The notes beneath the pieces are model-generated. The model did not search any database. It saw only the letters and a list, made by a program, of their open reading frames with translations, and had not been told where the DNA came from. A program made the position numbers and the translations under genes. A stretch of DNA of 64,000 bases from Chloroflexota bacterium. GTDB taxonomy: Bacteria > Chloroflexota > UBA11872 > VXOZ01. This document shows positions 54,941 to 64,000 of this stretch, piece by piece; position 1 is the first letter of the stretch, and every line of letters starts with the position of its first letter. The stretch covers positions 32,001 to 96,000 of the forward strand of contig CAXXVD010000004.1 in the NCBI GenBank assembly GCA_963662335.2, read 5' to 3'.

Positions 54941-55972
54941 GTGCGAGAGCAGACGAACCGGTTCCAAGCTCTGCGGGAGCACATCGCTGCCGCTGTCGGT
55001 CCGGTGCGCTCGCTGCGGCCGGTAGGCGGCGGGGGCGCGCAGGGCGCGGCAGTGTGGCACGTGGTTCTGGCTACCGGCGCGCAGGCGGCGGTCAAGCGTC
55101 ACGCCCACGCCGGCGCGGGAGAGGTGGAGTTTGGCGTGCTGCGGATGCTCCACCGGCTCGGCGCGCCCGTGCCCAAGCCGCTGCATTGGGACTCCCGCCA
55201 GCGCATCTTGATAACGGCATGGGCGGGAATGCGCACACTTGCGGAGGAGATCCAGCGGGCGCAACCCCCTCAGCCCCGGCGAAAGAGCGGCCTGCGCCGC
55301 TTGTCGCATAGCCTCGTCAAGGGAGCTGCTGCCCTTGAAACGGCCTTCGCAGGGCTTGCCGCGCGTCTGCCGCTGCAACAAACGGGTGAACGCCGGCGCC
55401 GCGAGGCGGAGGCGCGCGCCCGGTGCCGGCAAGCGCCGGAGACGTTTGCCCAACTTGCCACATTTTGCGGTCTGTCGCCGCCGCCGGGCTGGGATGCGTC
55501 ACTGCGCGACGCCTGGGCGGAACTTGCGGAAGCGCTTACGGCCGGTCGCCTGACCTTTGGGGGCCGGGACTGCACGCCGCGCAACGTGCTAACCGACGGC
55601 AGCGCTATCTGGTTCGTCGATTTCGCCGTGGTCGGCCTCGACTGGCCGGAAGCGCGGTTGGCGCAGTACGCCGCCGTCTTCAACCAAACCGACCCGGCCC
55701 AGCCAGCGGAGTCCCTCTTGACCCACGCCGAACCGCAGTGGTACGGTGAAGGCGGATGCATTGAAAGCGCAATGGTGGACGTGCATCATCTGTTGCTGTG
55801 GAGCGAGGCGCTGCGGCTGCTGCTCGAGGCAACGAGCGGCCCGCCGGAGCGCCAAGATTCACCGCGACGGCGGCAACTGGAGCGGGCGCTGGCGTTGGCC
55901 GTTTGTCCGTTAGAAAACGGCACACCGGCGGAACGGGTGCGCGCGCTCATTGCCGCAGTTTTTTGCGAATGA
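54941..55972 (+). CDS. Aminoglycoside phosphotransferase/choline kinase-like protein
   Basis: AAVK, PVPKPL, GRDCTPRNVL (Brenner-like) and FVDF motifs; CAGGAG RBS before GTG 54941. Confidence 0.7.
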   Translation: MREQTNRFQALREHIAAAVGPVRSLRPVGGGGAQGAAVWHVVLATGAQAAVKRHAHAGAGEVEFGVLRMLHRLGAPVPKPLHWDSRQRILITAWAGMRTLAEEIQRAQPPQPRRKSGLRRLSHSLVKGAAALETAFAGLAARLPLQQTGERRRREAEARARCRQAPETFAQLATFCGLSPPPGWDASLRDAWAELAEALTAGRLTFGGRDCTPRNVLTDGSAIWFVDFAVVGLDWPEARLAQYAAVFNQTDPAQPAESLLTHAEPQWYGEGGCIESAMVDVHHLLLWSEALRLLLEATSGPPERQDSPRRRQLERALALAVCPLENGTPAERVRALIAAVFCE

Positions 55973-56004
55973 TTGGCTGATTTTCTTAGTGAAAGGAGAG
56001 TCCG

Positions 56005-56274
56005 ATGGCAGAGGAATGGAAGCCCCGCGGACGCGAGGTCGTAATTGACGGTCTGGAGTGGGTGGGCCGCATGGCGGACAAGGCCCGCGCCGAGCATGGC
56101 GGCTACATCGGCGAGTACATCTACCCGTGCCCCATGGACCAGCAAGTGCTGCGCGACCTGGGCCTGAGCGCGGAAGCGTTCACGCAGATCGCGGTTGAAG
56201 CCGCCACGGACAGCGAACTGGCGGCGCAGGTGAAGGCCGCCTCCGGCAAGGAAACGGTGGCCGCGCCCGCCTGA
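56005..56274 (+). CDS. DUF5069-like small protein
   Basis: PR..GRMADKARA...GEYIYPCPMDQ..L motif; AAGGAG RBS. Confidence 0.75.
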   Translation: MAEEWKPRGREVVIDGLEWVGRMADKARAEHGGYIGEYIYPCPMDQQVLRDLGLSAEAFTQIAVEAATDSELAAQVKAASGKETVAAPA

Positions 56275-56374
56275 AGCGCAATTCTGGTCGGCGCGGTGCG
56301 CGATGCGCTCCACCGCGTCCTGCCAAGCCGCCGGGCGTAGTCTACGGAAACGTCTACGGTTAGAGTGAAATTGG

Positions 56375-56425
56375 AAGCCCCAGCCGTTCGTCCTTCGACA
56401 AGCTCAGGACGAACGGCTGGGGCTT
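56375..56425. repeat. REP-D hairpin, probably also acting as a terminator
   Basis: AAGCCCCAGCCGTTCGTCCT-TCGACAAGCTC-AGGACGAACGGCTGGGGCTT. Confidence 0.75.
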
Positions 56426-56428
56426 TCT

Positions 56429-56536
56429 TGCGCCGCTCACGCTTCACGCTCCGCTCACGCTTGACGCCCTGACCATGCTTCACGCCCCGACCACGCTTCA
56501 CGCGCCGCTCATTGTTCACCCTCGTCCACTCTTTGC
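56429..56536. repeat. Degenerate 18-bp tandem repeat (5-6 units)
   Basis: Units such as CGCTCCGCTCACGCTTGA, CGCCCTGACCATGCTTCA, CGCCCCGACCACGCTTCA and CGCGCCGCTCATTGTTCA. Confidence 0.7.
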
Positions 56537-56816
56537 GCATGATCTATCCATTGCGCTCGCTCATACTTTACGCTTACGCTTTCATTGCGCATGCTTGTCA
56601 TATGCTCACACTCATTTCTCTCTGACACTCATTGGAAACTCGGAACCATACAAACGCAAAACCATGCCCGTTAGAGCCACAGCAAGGCAAAGCCACACCC
56701 GCGCAGTGCGCGGGTGTGGTATATTCTGGGAGCGCGTCGGACTTGGGAGGCCCACTCTTGAAAACTTACCGTCACGTCGTCTCGCAGCAAACGCCCATGC
56801 CGCCCGCGGCCGTACG

Positions 56817-58034
56817 GTGACGCGCGGCCAGAAGGCGGCGCTCATCGGCGGCGCAATCGGCCTTGCGCTTGGCGGCGGCTACGTGCTGGCCCGCCGCATT
56901 GCGGCGCGCGTGCGGCCGGACATCATAGATTGGCAGCGCGCCGAGAACATCGCGCTGCGTCTTGCCGCCCGCAACGCCGGCAGCGTGCTGCCCTCCCACG
57001 CCCGCCTCGCGCTCCAGGACGACTATCAGGCCCTCGTGGCCCTCAGCCACGAACGGATCGTCCCGTTCATCCAACTCACCGCAGCCTCCGACAATCACGT
57101 CGTGGAGGTGCTGGACCGCCCGCTCTGGGTGCAGCGTAACCTGGGCAACGTGCAGCGCCTGCTTTCGCCGCTGGAAGACGCATACCTGGAGAGCGTCGGC
57201 GCGACGAGCGGTACGTTCTTCCGGCTGGCCCAAGGCGGCGTGCAACTGACTCTCTCCGCGCAGATGGGCATTGTGTTGGGTTTTCTGTCGCGGCACGTGC
57301 TGGGCCAGTTCGACATGCCCTTCCTGGCGCCGCCGGCTGGCGCAAGCGCCGAATCCGCGCAGTTGAACCGCATCTACTTCGTAGAACCCAATATCCACCG
57401 CCTGCAGCAGCGGCTTGAGATCCCACCGGACGCCTTCCGGCTCTGGATTGCGCTGCACGAGACCACCCACGCGATCCAATTTCAGATAGCGCCGTGGCTG
57501 GCGGCGTACCTGGGCAGCCTCATCGAGTCGTACGTGGATAGCTTTCGCGAACTACTGCGCGATTCGCCGCATCCGCTGCGCGCGATGCTGGCGCCCGGCG
57601 CGGAAGAGCCGGCGGAGCGCGACGGCATGGGCGGCCTGATGGGACTGCTCACCACGCCGGAGCAGCGGGAGTTGCTGGCGCGCGTGCAGGGCGTGATGAG
57701 CCTCGTCGAGGGCTACGGCAACTACGTCATGGACGCCCTGGGCGAGCAACTGATAGCCAACTTCCCCGATATGCGCCAGCGGCTGGAGGCGCGCAAGCGC
57801 GGTTCGCTGGAACGCGCCCTGATGCGGCTGCTGGGCTTCGATCTAAAACTGGCCCAATACCGCCTGGGTGAGCGCTTCGTGCGCTACGTGGTGGAACACG
57901 AGGACATGGGCTTACTCAACCGCGTCTGGGAAGACCAAGAGGCGATGCCCACGTTGGCTGAGATCAACGCTCCTGAGCAGTGGGTGGAGCGTATGCGCGT
58001 GAAGTCAGGCGCGGACATGAAGGAATTGGATTGA
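56817..58034 (+). CDS. Zinc-dependent metalloprotease (DUF2342/zincin-like)
   Basis: VLGQFD, FVEPNI, WIALHETTHAIQF, MSLVEGY, KLAQY.LGE.F and PTLAEI..PEQW motifs; N-terminal TM segment; GTG start uncertain. Confidence 0.87.
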   Translation: MTRGQKAALIGGAIGLALGGGYVLARRIAARVRPDIIDWQRAENIALRLAARNAGSVLPSHARLALQDDYQALVALSHERIVPFIQLTAASDNHVVEVLDRPLWVQRNLGNVQRLLSPLEDAYLESVGATSGTFFRLAQGGVQLTLSAQMGIVLGFLSRHVLGQFDMPFLAPPAGASAESAQLNRIYFVEPNIHRLQQRLEIPPDAFRLWIALHETTHAIQFQIAPWLAAYLGSLIESYVDSFRELLRDSPHPLRAMLAPGAEEPAERDGMGGLMGLLTTPEQRELLARVQGVMSLVEGYGNYVMDALGEQLIANFPDMRQRLEARKRGSLERALMRLLGFDLKLAQYRLGERFVRYVVEHEDMGLLNRVWEDQEAMPTLAEINAPEQWVERMRVKSGADMKELD

Positions 58035-58082
58035 CCGCCTCATTCGGAACCGGCAGCGGCGCACCTTACCCATCCAGTGCGG

Positions 58083-59729
58083 TCACGGCATGGGCGTGAA
58101 TTCCAGAATCTGGCCGTCCTGGATTAGCCGGGCGCGCAACTCCGCGTAGTCGATGTCCTGAACCGGGATGCCGCGCCTGATAGCAATCGCCGCCGCCGTC
58201 GCGGCGGACTGACCCAGAATCATGAACACCGGTTCCATGCGGATTGAGCCAAATGCGATGTGCGACGCGGAGACGCAGACCGGCACGAGCAGGTTCGTCA
58301 CTTCCTCCCGTTTCGGCGTCAGCGACCCGTAGGCTATTCCGTACGGCCGCAACGGCCGCACGCCGACGTCGCCTTCGTTCTGCGCGTAGCCCGCGGCCGT
58401 GACGTAGCGCTGCGCGTTGTGCGAATCCATGACGTACGAGCCCATGCCAACCGGCTGCGGCGCGTCCCGTTTGGCAAGGCACTCGTGTTCGGTCATCACG
58501 AATGCGCCCGCCAGCCGCCGCGCTTCCCGGACGTAGAGTTGGTGGGGCCAGTTGCCGCTGCCGGTGAATTCGTCGCGGGCAAGCCCATACTGGGCGCATT
58601 CTTCGCGGACGTCCCCCGGCACGCGGGGATCGTTGGCCAGGAAGTAGAGCAGTCCCTGCTGGTAGTCCGCGTGCTCCCAAACCATCTGCTCCCGCTCTGC
58701 GTAGGAAGCCTCCGGATACGCGTAATTCATGCCAATGTTGTCTGCGCTGAACGGCCCGTGGTTGTTCATGTCGATCTTGGCATTGGGAATGGGGTCGAAC
58801 TTGCGGAAGGTTTCGCGCCAGCCCGTGTCAAAGACCCGCAGCAGCAGTTCATACTGTCGCGGGTCGTAGCCGTCCGGCTTGGGGAAGGGCACGCGGTTCT
58901 CGGCCACCTTGGTAAGGCACAGCCGGAAGCAGTAGGCCTGGATGCAGTCGTCTCCCTGCCCGTCCGCGCCCGGCGATTCCGGGCTGATGCGCGGCAGCAG
59001 GCCGCTCGACGGGTCGCCGGGGACGCGATAGGGGTCAACGCCATCGGGAAAATGATGGCCGTGGTGGCGGGCGGCCTTTTGCACGCCCGCCCATTCCTCG
59101 CCGAACTCCGCCGTGCCCTCGCGTCCGACCCGGTACGAGACGCCCGCCGCCGCCATGAGGTCGCCCTCGTAGGTGGCGTCAATGAAGACTGAACCTGCGT
59201 AGGTGGCGCCGCTGACAGCCGTGATGCGCCGGATGCGGCCGTCTTCAAGCGCCACGCCGTTTTCCCGGTCCAGCCATTCGCCGCGCCGCACGTCGACGCC
59301 GATTTCCGCGACTAGGTTCTCGAAGACCTTCTCCGCCACATGCGGCTCGAAGACCCACATCGTCCGTTGCGCGCCGTCTACGGCGGGCGTGCCCTGGCCT
59401 TGGTTGCCGTATTCCGCGCGCCGCTGCCACTGCCAGGCGTCGGGCGACTCGTAGTGCTGCCAGATGCGGTGGTAGAACTCGCGGGCGAGGCCGCCGATCA
59501 CGGCCTTGTTGCCGGTATCCGTATAGCCGAGGCCGCCGGCGGACAGGCCGCCCAGGTGGCGCTCCGGCGCCACGATGACTACCGACAGGCCCAGCCGGCG
59601 GGCCTGGACGGCAGCCGCGACGCCGGCCGACGTGCCCCCGTATACGACCAGGTCGAAGCATTCCACGGTCTCAGGGGAAGGCGCGCCCGTGCTTTCAGCG
59701 TAGCGGTATTGTGATTGAGCCCGTGACAT
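58083..59729 (-). CDS. FAD-dependent oxidoreductase (xanthan-lyase-associated type)
   Basis: VYGGTSAG, GGLSAGGLG, FIDATYEGDL, QLYVREARR and SASHIAFGSIRMEP motifs. Confidence 0.87.
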   Translation of the reverse strand: MSRAQSQYRYAESTGAPSPETVECFDLVVYGGTSAGVAAAVQARRLGLSVVIVAPERHLGGLSAGGLGYTDTGNKAVIGGLAREFYHRIWQHYESPDAWQWQRRAEYGNQGQGTPAVDGAQRTMWVFEPHVAEKVFENLVAEIGVDVRRGEWLDRENGVALEDGRIRRITAVSGATYAGSVFIDATYEGDLMAAAGVSYRVGREGTAEFGEEWAGVQKAARHHGHHFPDGVDPYRVPGDPSSGLLPRISPESPGADGQGDDCIQAYCFRLCLTKVAENRVPFPKPDGYDPRQYELLLRVFDTGWRETFRKFDPIPNAKIDMNNHGPFSADNIGMNYAYPEASYAEREQMVWEHADYQQGLLYFLANDPRVPGDVREECAQYGLARDEFTGSGNWPHQLYVREARRLAGAFVMTEHECLAKRDAPQPVGMGSYVMDSHNAQRYVTAAGYAQNEGDVGVRPLRPYGIAYGSLTPKREEVTNLLVPVCVSASHIAFGSIRMEPVFMILGQSAATAAAIAIRRGIPVQDIDYAELRARLIQDGQILEFTPMP

Positions 59730-59738
59730 GCGCCGGCG

Positions 59739-61364
59739 CTATTGCTGAGGCTCTTGGTCTGTCACGAGAATGGCGTATTCCAGCGAATCGGCCAGCGCGG
59801 AATAGCTGGCCTCGATGATGTTCGTGGAACTGCCCACCGTGCTCCACTCGGTGTGGCCGTTCGTGCTCTCGATCATCACGCGCACGCCGGCGGCGGTGGC
59901 GCTGCTCTCGTCGAGGACGCGCACCTTGTAGTCCAGCAGCCGCACCCGCTGCAGTTGGGGATACGCGGACACCAGCGCTTTGCGCATGGCGGCGTCGAGG
60001 GCGTTCACCGGGCCGTTGCCCTCCGCGGCCGTGTGCTGCACCTCGTCGCCCACTTGAATCTTGACGGTGGCTTCCGAGAGGATGCTCTGTCCGCCGCGCG
60101 TCTCCACCAGGACGAGAAAGTCCAGCAGCGTAAACGGCGGCGCGTAGTCCGGCTGGCGGCGTTTGATGAGCAGTTCGAACGACGCCTCGGCGCCCTCGAA
60201 CTGGAAACCCCGCTGTTCCAGGTCCTTGATTTCTTCCACCAGGCCGTGCAGGTTTTCGCTCTGGCGGGATAGGCGCAAACCCAGGCGCTCGGCGCGGGAA
60301 AGCACGCTGCTGCGGCCGCTCAATTCGGAAATGAGCACGCGCATCTCGTTGCCCACCAGCGCCGGATCGACGTGCTGATAGGCAATCCGGCTCTTGGCCA
60401 TGCCGTCGGCGTGGTAGCCGGCCTTGTGGGCAAAGGCGGAATGACCGACGTAGGGCATGAAAGGATTCAGCGCCATGTTGGCGATTTCGCTCACGTACCG
60501 CGCCGCGTCGGAAAGATGCTGCAACTGATCCGGCTCGATTGCCGCGTAGCCCAGCTTCAACTGCAAGTTGGGGATAACGGTGCACAGGTTGGCGTTGCCG
60601 CAGCGTTCACCCACGCCGTTGATCGTGCCCTGCACGTGGGTTGCGCCGCACTCCACCGCCGCCAGGGTGTTGGCAGTAGCCAGGTCGGCGTCGTTGTGCA
60701 CGTGTATGCCAATGGGCGCGTCGCATGCGTCACGCACGCGGCGCGTCACTTCCCGGACTTCATTGGGCATGCTGCCGCCGTTGGTGTCGCAGAGCACCAG
60801 GCAATCCGCGCCCGCGTCCTGGGCGGCGCGCAGGGCGGCCAGCGCGTACTCAGGATTCGCCCGGTAGCCGTCGAAGAAGTGCTCGGCGTCGAAGAAGACC
60901 TCGCGGTTGTGGCGCTTCAGAAAGGCGATGGTCTCGCCAATCATCGCCAGGTTGTTTTCCAGCGTCGTGTCGAGCACCGCCGTCACGTGGTGGTCCCACG
61001 CCTTGCCCACGATGCAGACCGCGCGCGTGCCGGTGCCGATGAGGGCCTTGACACTGGCGTCATTCTCAACGCTGGTAGACTTGTGCCGTGTGCTGCCGAA
61101 GGCGGTAACCGTGATGTTCTTCCAATCGATGTCCTGGGCGAGGCGGAAGAACTCCTGGTCCTTGGGATTGGAACCCGGATAGCCGCCCTCCACGTAGTGC
61201 ACGCCGAGTTCGTCCAGCCGCCGGGCGATCTTGAGCTTGTCGGCAGCCGCGAACGAAAGCCCCTCGGCCTGCGCGCCGTCGCGCAGCGTCGTGTCGTAGA
61301 TGACGATCTGGCGCTCCGCCTGCGCCTCTTCCGAAGATGCCTGCTCTATTAGCGTCTTAGCCAA
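59739..61364 (-). CDS. cimA: Citramalate synthase
   Basis: YDTTLRDGAQ, GSNPKD, FDAEHFFDG, LCDTNGG, GERCGNANL and C-terminal GPVNALD regulatory domain. Confidence 0.92.
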   Translation of the reverse strand: MAKTLIEQASSEEAQAERQIVIYDTTLRDGAQAEGLSFAAADKLKIARRLDELGVHYVEGGYPGSNPKDQEFFRLAQDIDWKNITVTAFGSTRHKSTSVENDASVKALIGTGTRAVCIVGKAWDHHVTAVLDTTLENNLAMIGETIAFLKRHNREVFFDAEHFFDGYRANPEYALAALRAAQDAGADCLVLCDTNGGSMPNEVREVTRRVRDACDAPIGIHVHNDADLATANTLAAVECGATHVQGTINGVGERCGNANLCTVIPNLQLKLGYAAIEPDQLQHLSDAARYVSEIANMALNPFMPYVGHSAFAHKAGYHADGMAKSRIAYQHVDPALVGNEMRVLISELSGRSSVLSRAERLGLRLSRQSENLHGLVEEIKDLEQRGFQFEGAEASFELLIKRRQPDYAPPFTLLDFLVLVETRGGQSILSEATVKIQVGDEVQHTAAEGNGPVNALDAAMRKALVSAYPQLQRVRLLDYKVRVLDESSATAAGVRVMIESTNGHTEWSTVGSSTNIIEASYSALADSLEYAILVTDQEPQQ

Positions 61365-61444
61365 GGGTCGGCCCCAGTTCTCAATTGCTTGTGCGGGAGT
61401 TCACAATGTCGCTCGACTGAATTCTACCACAACGGCCCCGCCGG

Positions 61445-62152
61445 TTACGCGGCATCCTCGTCGCGCGCGGAACCTATCAGGAACCAGCCGTACACCAGAC
61501 CGGCGAGAATCGCGCCAATGAGCGGGCCAAGCCAGTAGACCAGGTGGCTGTCCCAGTAGTTGGCCGCCAGCGCCGGGCCAAACGTGCGCGCCGGATTCAG
61601 CGACCCGCCGGTGAGCGGGCCGGCCAGGAGAATGGCGGCCGCAACCGTGAGACCGATTGCAAAGCCGCCGCTCTTGGCGGCGCGCGGCTCGATGGCAGCG
61701 CCGAAGATCACGATCACGAGAATGAAGGTAAGGACTGCCTCGATGAGGACAGCCGTGCCAAACGCAATGTCCGCCGCGACCGAGGGGGCGCCAAGATTGA
61801 CGGACTGCCAAGCGTCGGTAGGAAAAACCGCGCGCAGCGTAAAGCCCGCCAGGGTTGCCGCCAACAATTGCGTGGTAACGTAGAGCGCGCCGTGCAGCGC
61901 GTCAATCTGGCGGCCCACGAAAGCGGCGACGGTGACGGCCGGATTGAAGTGCGCGCCGGAAATGTGGCCGAGAGCGTTGACCAAGGCGGCCAGCCCCAAC
62001 CCGCTCGCCAGCGCAATGCCAACGGGGCCCAGGCCCTGTCCGCCGCGCGCCACGATGTACGCATCCGTGACGACCGCGCCCGCGGCAATGAAGATGAAGC
62101 AGAACGCGCCAACGAACTCGGCGACGACTGCCTTAAGCGTATGCTCTGTCAC
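61445..62152 (-). CDS. Aquaporin/MIP channel
   Basis: AEFVG, HISGAHFNPAVT and GGSLNPARTFGP motifs; AGGAGG RBS before GTG. Confidence 0.95.
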   Translation of the reverse strand: MTEHTLKAVVAEFVGAFCFIFIAAGAVVTDAYIVARGGQGLGPVGIALASGLGLAALVNALGHISGAHFNPAVTVAAFVGRQIDALHGALYVTTQLLAATLAGFTLRAVFPTDAWQSVNLGAPSVAADIAFGTAVLIEAVLTFILVIVIFGAAIEPRAAKSGGFAIGLTVAAAILLAGPLTGGSLNPARTFGPALAANYWDSHLVYWLGPLIGAILAGLVYGWFLIGSARDEDAA

Positions 62153-62339
62153 GGCCGTTGTACGCCTCCTTAACTAAAACGCTCCACGATGCTTGCGATT
62201 GTGCGAACGTTCTCTACTTGCTATTGTGCTAAGTGGTCGGCGAATGTCAAATGACTGGGCGTCAACGCCGCTGCGGCGCGGACAACGTGCCGCGTGTGCA
62301 CTCCCCTGTCCGTCAAACAGCAAGGAAAGCAAGCAATTT

Positions 62340-64000
62340 ATGGAGAACTCTCAAGAACTAACGGAAACCGGCACGCTTGCCGTTACGCCCAACAGCGGCC
62401 GGGCCGGTGACTGGGGCACGTGGGTGGTGACCTACACGGTTGGCGCGGCGGGTATTGCCACCGGCGGCGGCGTGCGGGTCGCGCTGCCGGAGCGCTGGCA
62501 CCAATGGTGGCGCAACTCGGCCCGCCGTGTGCAGAGCGTGGACCCGGCCGCGCCCTTCTACGTTACCGCTGACACCGACCGGCCCGGCGCGAGTCTGCGC
62601 TGCGAGGTAGTGGACGCCAGCGGTGCCGAGTACGTCAAGACTTTCCGCGCCAACGTGGGCTATCCGCCCGGCAGCCGCTATTCCTGGACGATTGCTGTGA
62701 CGATCGCAGAGGGCGCGCTGCACGCCGGTGACACCGTCAACGTGGTCTATGGCGATATGCGCCACGGAGGCCGCGGCTTCACGCCGCCGCTCTGGACCGG
62801 CTCGCCGGAGCGGGTGCGCGCGGCGGTCGATCCCACGGGCGGCGGTGAATTCGCGCTCTTGCCCGACGCGGCCCTGCCCTGGCTCAGTAGCGAACCGGGG
62901 CCGCCGGTGGAGTTGCTGGTCGTTCTGGAATCTCGCGCCGTCGTTGGCAAAGAGATGCGCGCGCGCATGGTAGCGCTGGACGAATATCAGAATCCCGTGC
63001 CCGCGCCGGAAACCGCCGTCTATCTGGTTGTCGAGACGGGCGCGGCAACGCTGCCGGACAACCCGGTGAAACTCAGCGATGCCACCACCTGGGGCTGCCG
63101 GGAGTTCACGGTCACGCCTACGGAAGCGGGCGCGCTGCGTGTGCGCGGCACGTCCCATGACGGCAAACTCTACGGCCTCTCCAACCCTAGCAAGGTGGTT
63201 TCACTCGCAGAGGCGTCAGGCAATGTGACTGAAACGGGCCTCTATTGGGGCGATATTCACTCCCACAGCCAGTACTCCTGGGACGGCACCGGCACGCGGG
63301 ACGACCACTTTCGCTACGCGCGCTACGCCTCCCTGCTGGACGTCTACAGCGCCACCGACCACAACGACCGGCGCAGCATGAGCCGGGACGACTGGCGGCA
63401 GAACGTGGCCTACACCGAGAAGTGGAACGCGCCGGGCGAATTCGCCACGATTCTCGGCTACGAGGCCAGCTTTGGCGCGCCCTACGGCCACCACAACGTC
63501 TACTATCGCGGCGGTGAGGCCGCGCTGCTCTACCACGACGAGGAGAATCCGGAAGAGATCTGGGAGCGGGGCGCGCGCGAGAATCTGGCAGGGGAGATGT
63601 TTACCATTCCCCACCACACCGGCGGCTTTGCCCGGCCGGGCGGCGGCGTGAAGCACGACTGGCGCATCCACGACCGGCGCTTTCGTCCGGCCATCGAAAT
63701 CTACTCCTCACACGGCCTCAGCGAGGAGTACGCGCCGGATCATCCGCTCTCGATGGACGTCTCCGACTTTACCTTCAACGGCCCCGGCGACCCGGGCAAC
63801 TACACGGTAGACGCCTGGCTGGCCGGTCTCAAACTGGGCACGATCGGTTCGTCCGACAACCATGCCGCCCAGCCGGGCAAAGAGGGCTTCGGCACGATGG
63901 CGGTCTGGGCGCCGGCGCTGACCCGCGCGGCGGCCTTCGACGCCATCCGCAACCGCCGCACCTACGGCAGCACCGGCTCGCGCATCTACTTGGAGTTCTC
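62340..64000 (+). CDS. DUF3604/PHP-like metallohydrolase, partial (runs off the window end; absent from the ORF track)
   Basis: ATG 62340 (MENSQELTETG..WVVTYTVG) is in frame with LYWGDIHSHSQYSWDG; later TDH, GHHNV, IPHH, EIYSSHG, SSDNH and RRTYGSTG motifs. Confidence 0.85.
   Translation, partial: MENSQELTETGTLAVTPNSGRAGDWGTWVVTYTVGAAGIATGGGVRVALPERWHQWWRNSARRVQSVDPAAPFYVTADTDRPGASLRCEVVDASGAEYVKTFRANVGYPPGSRYSWTIAVTIAEGALHAGDTVNVVYGDMRHGGRGFTPPLWTGSPERVRAAVDPTGGGEFALLPDAALPWLSSEPGPPVELLVVLESRAVVGKEMRARMVALDEYQNPVPAPETAVYLVVETGAATLPDNPVKLSDATTWGCREFTVTPTEAGALRVRGTSHDGKLYGLSNPSKVVSLAEASGNVTETGLYWGDIHSHSQYSWDGTGTRDDHFRYARYASLLDVYSATDHNDRRSMSRDDWRQNVAYTEKWNAPGEFATILGYEASFGAPYGHHNVYYRGGEAALLYHDEENPEEIWERGARENLAGEMFTIPHHTGGFARPGGGVKHDWRIHDRRFRPAIEIYSSHGLSEEYAPDHPLSMDVSDFTFNGPGDPGNYTVDAWLAGLKLGTIGSSDNHAAQPGKEGFGTMAVWAPALTRAAAFDAIRNRRTYGSTGSRIYLEF

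Noticed and set aside
56121-56540. Histone-like basic protein ORF
   Set aside because: It runs through a REP hairpin and antisense into the DUF5069-like gene; more likely a by-product of the repeat.
1-64000. Selenocysteine or stop-codon recoding, defence systems, prophage
   Set aside because: The recognised genes appear full length with no internal TGA/TAG breaks, and I recognised no defence or phage genes.

Overview
GC-rich bacterial chromosomal window. A Chloroflexota-like, possibly marine-sponge-associated origin is inferred from an RNase P RNA lacking P13/P14, orphan Tat-lipoprotein solute-binding proteins, PhyH/sulfatase/ceramidase-like paralogues and a sup-like ACP-PPTase-hydrolase-permease cassette. 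It holds about 47 CDS, including ispG, serS, lysS, greA, comA, cimA, glcDEF plus FNR and nuoEF-like genes, two ABC exporters and an aquaporin. RNA genes are rnpB, tRNA-fMet and tRNA-Glu. No transposase, integrase, phage gene or CRISPR array is present, but the intergenic spaces are crowded with at least five REP-like palindrome families. Most notable observations: (1) three copies of an IS4-like MITE with 10-11 bp target duplications that carries REPs and twice sits inside a REP; (2) a G11 tract in the -35/-10 spacer of one of two duplicated SBP genes, both ending in GGCIC; (3) a sup-like cassette without its PKS, whose permease carries an RsbW-like C-terminal domain; (4) a glcD-glcE-glcF-FNR-nuoE-nuoF operon; (5) lysS with no canonical start codon upstream of its conserved N-terminal helix; (6) a sulfatase-fold protein with Thr at the formylglycine position; (7) a 7x16-bp tandem repeat just upstream of a beta-CASP nuclease. 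All family assignments come from motif recognition, not database searches.
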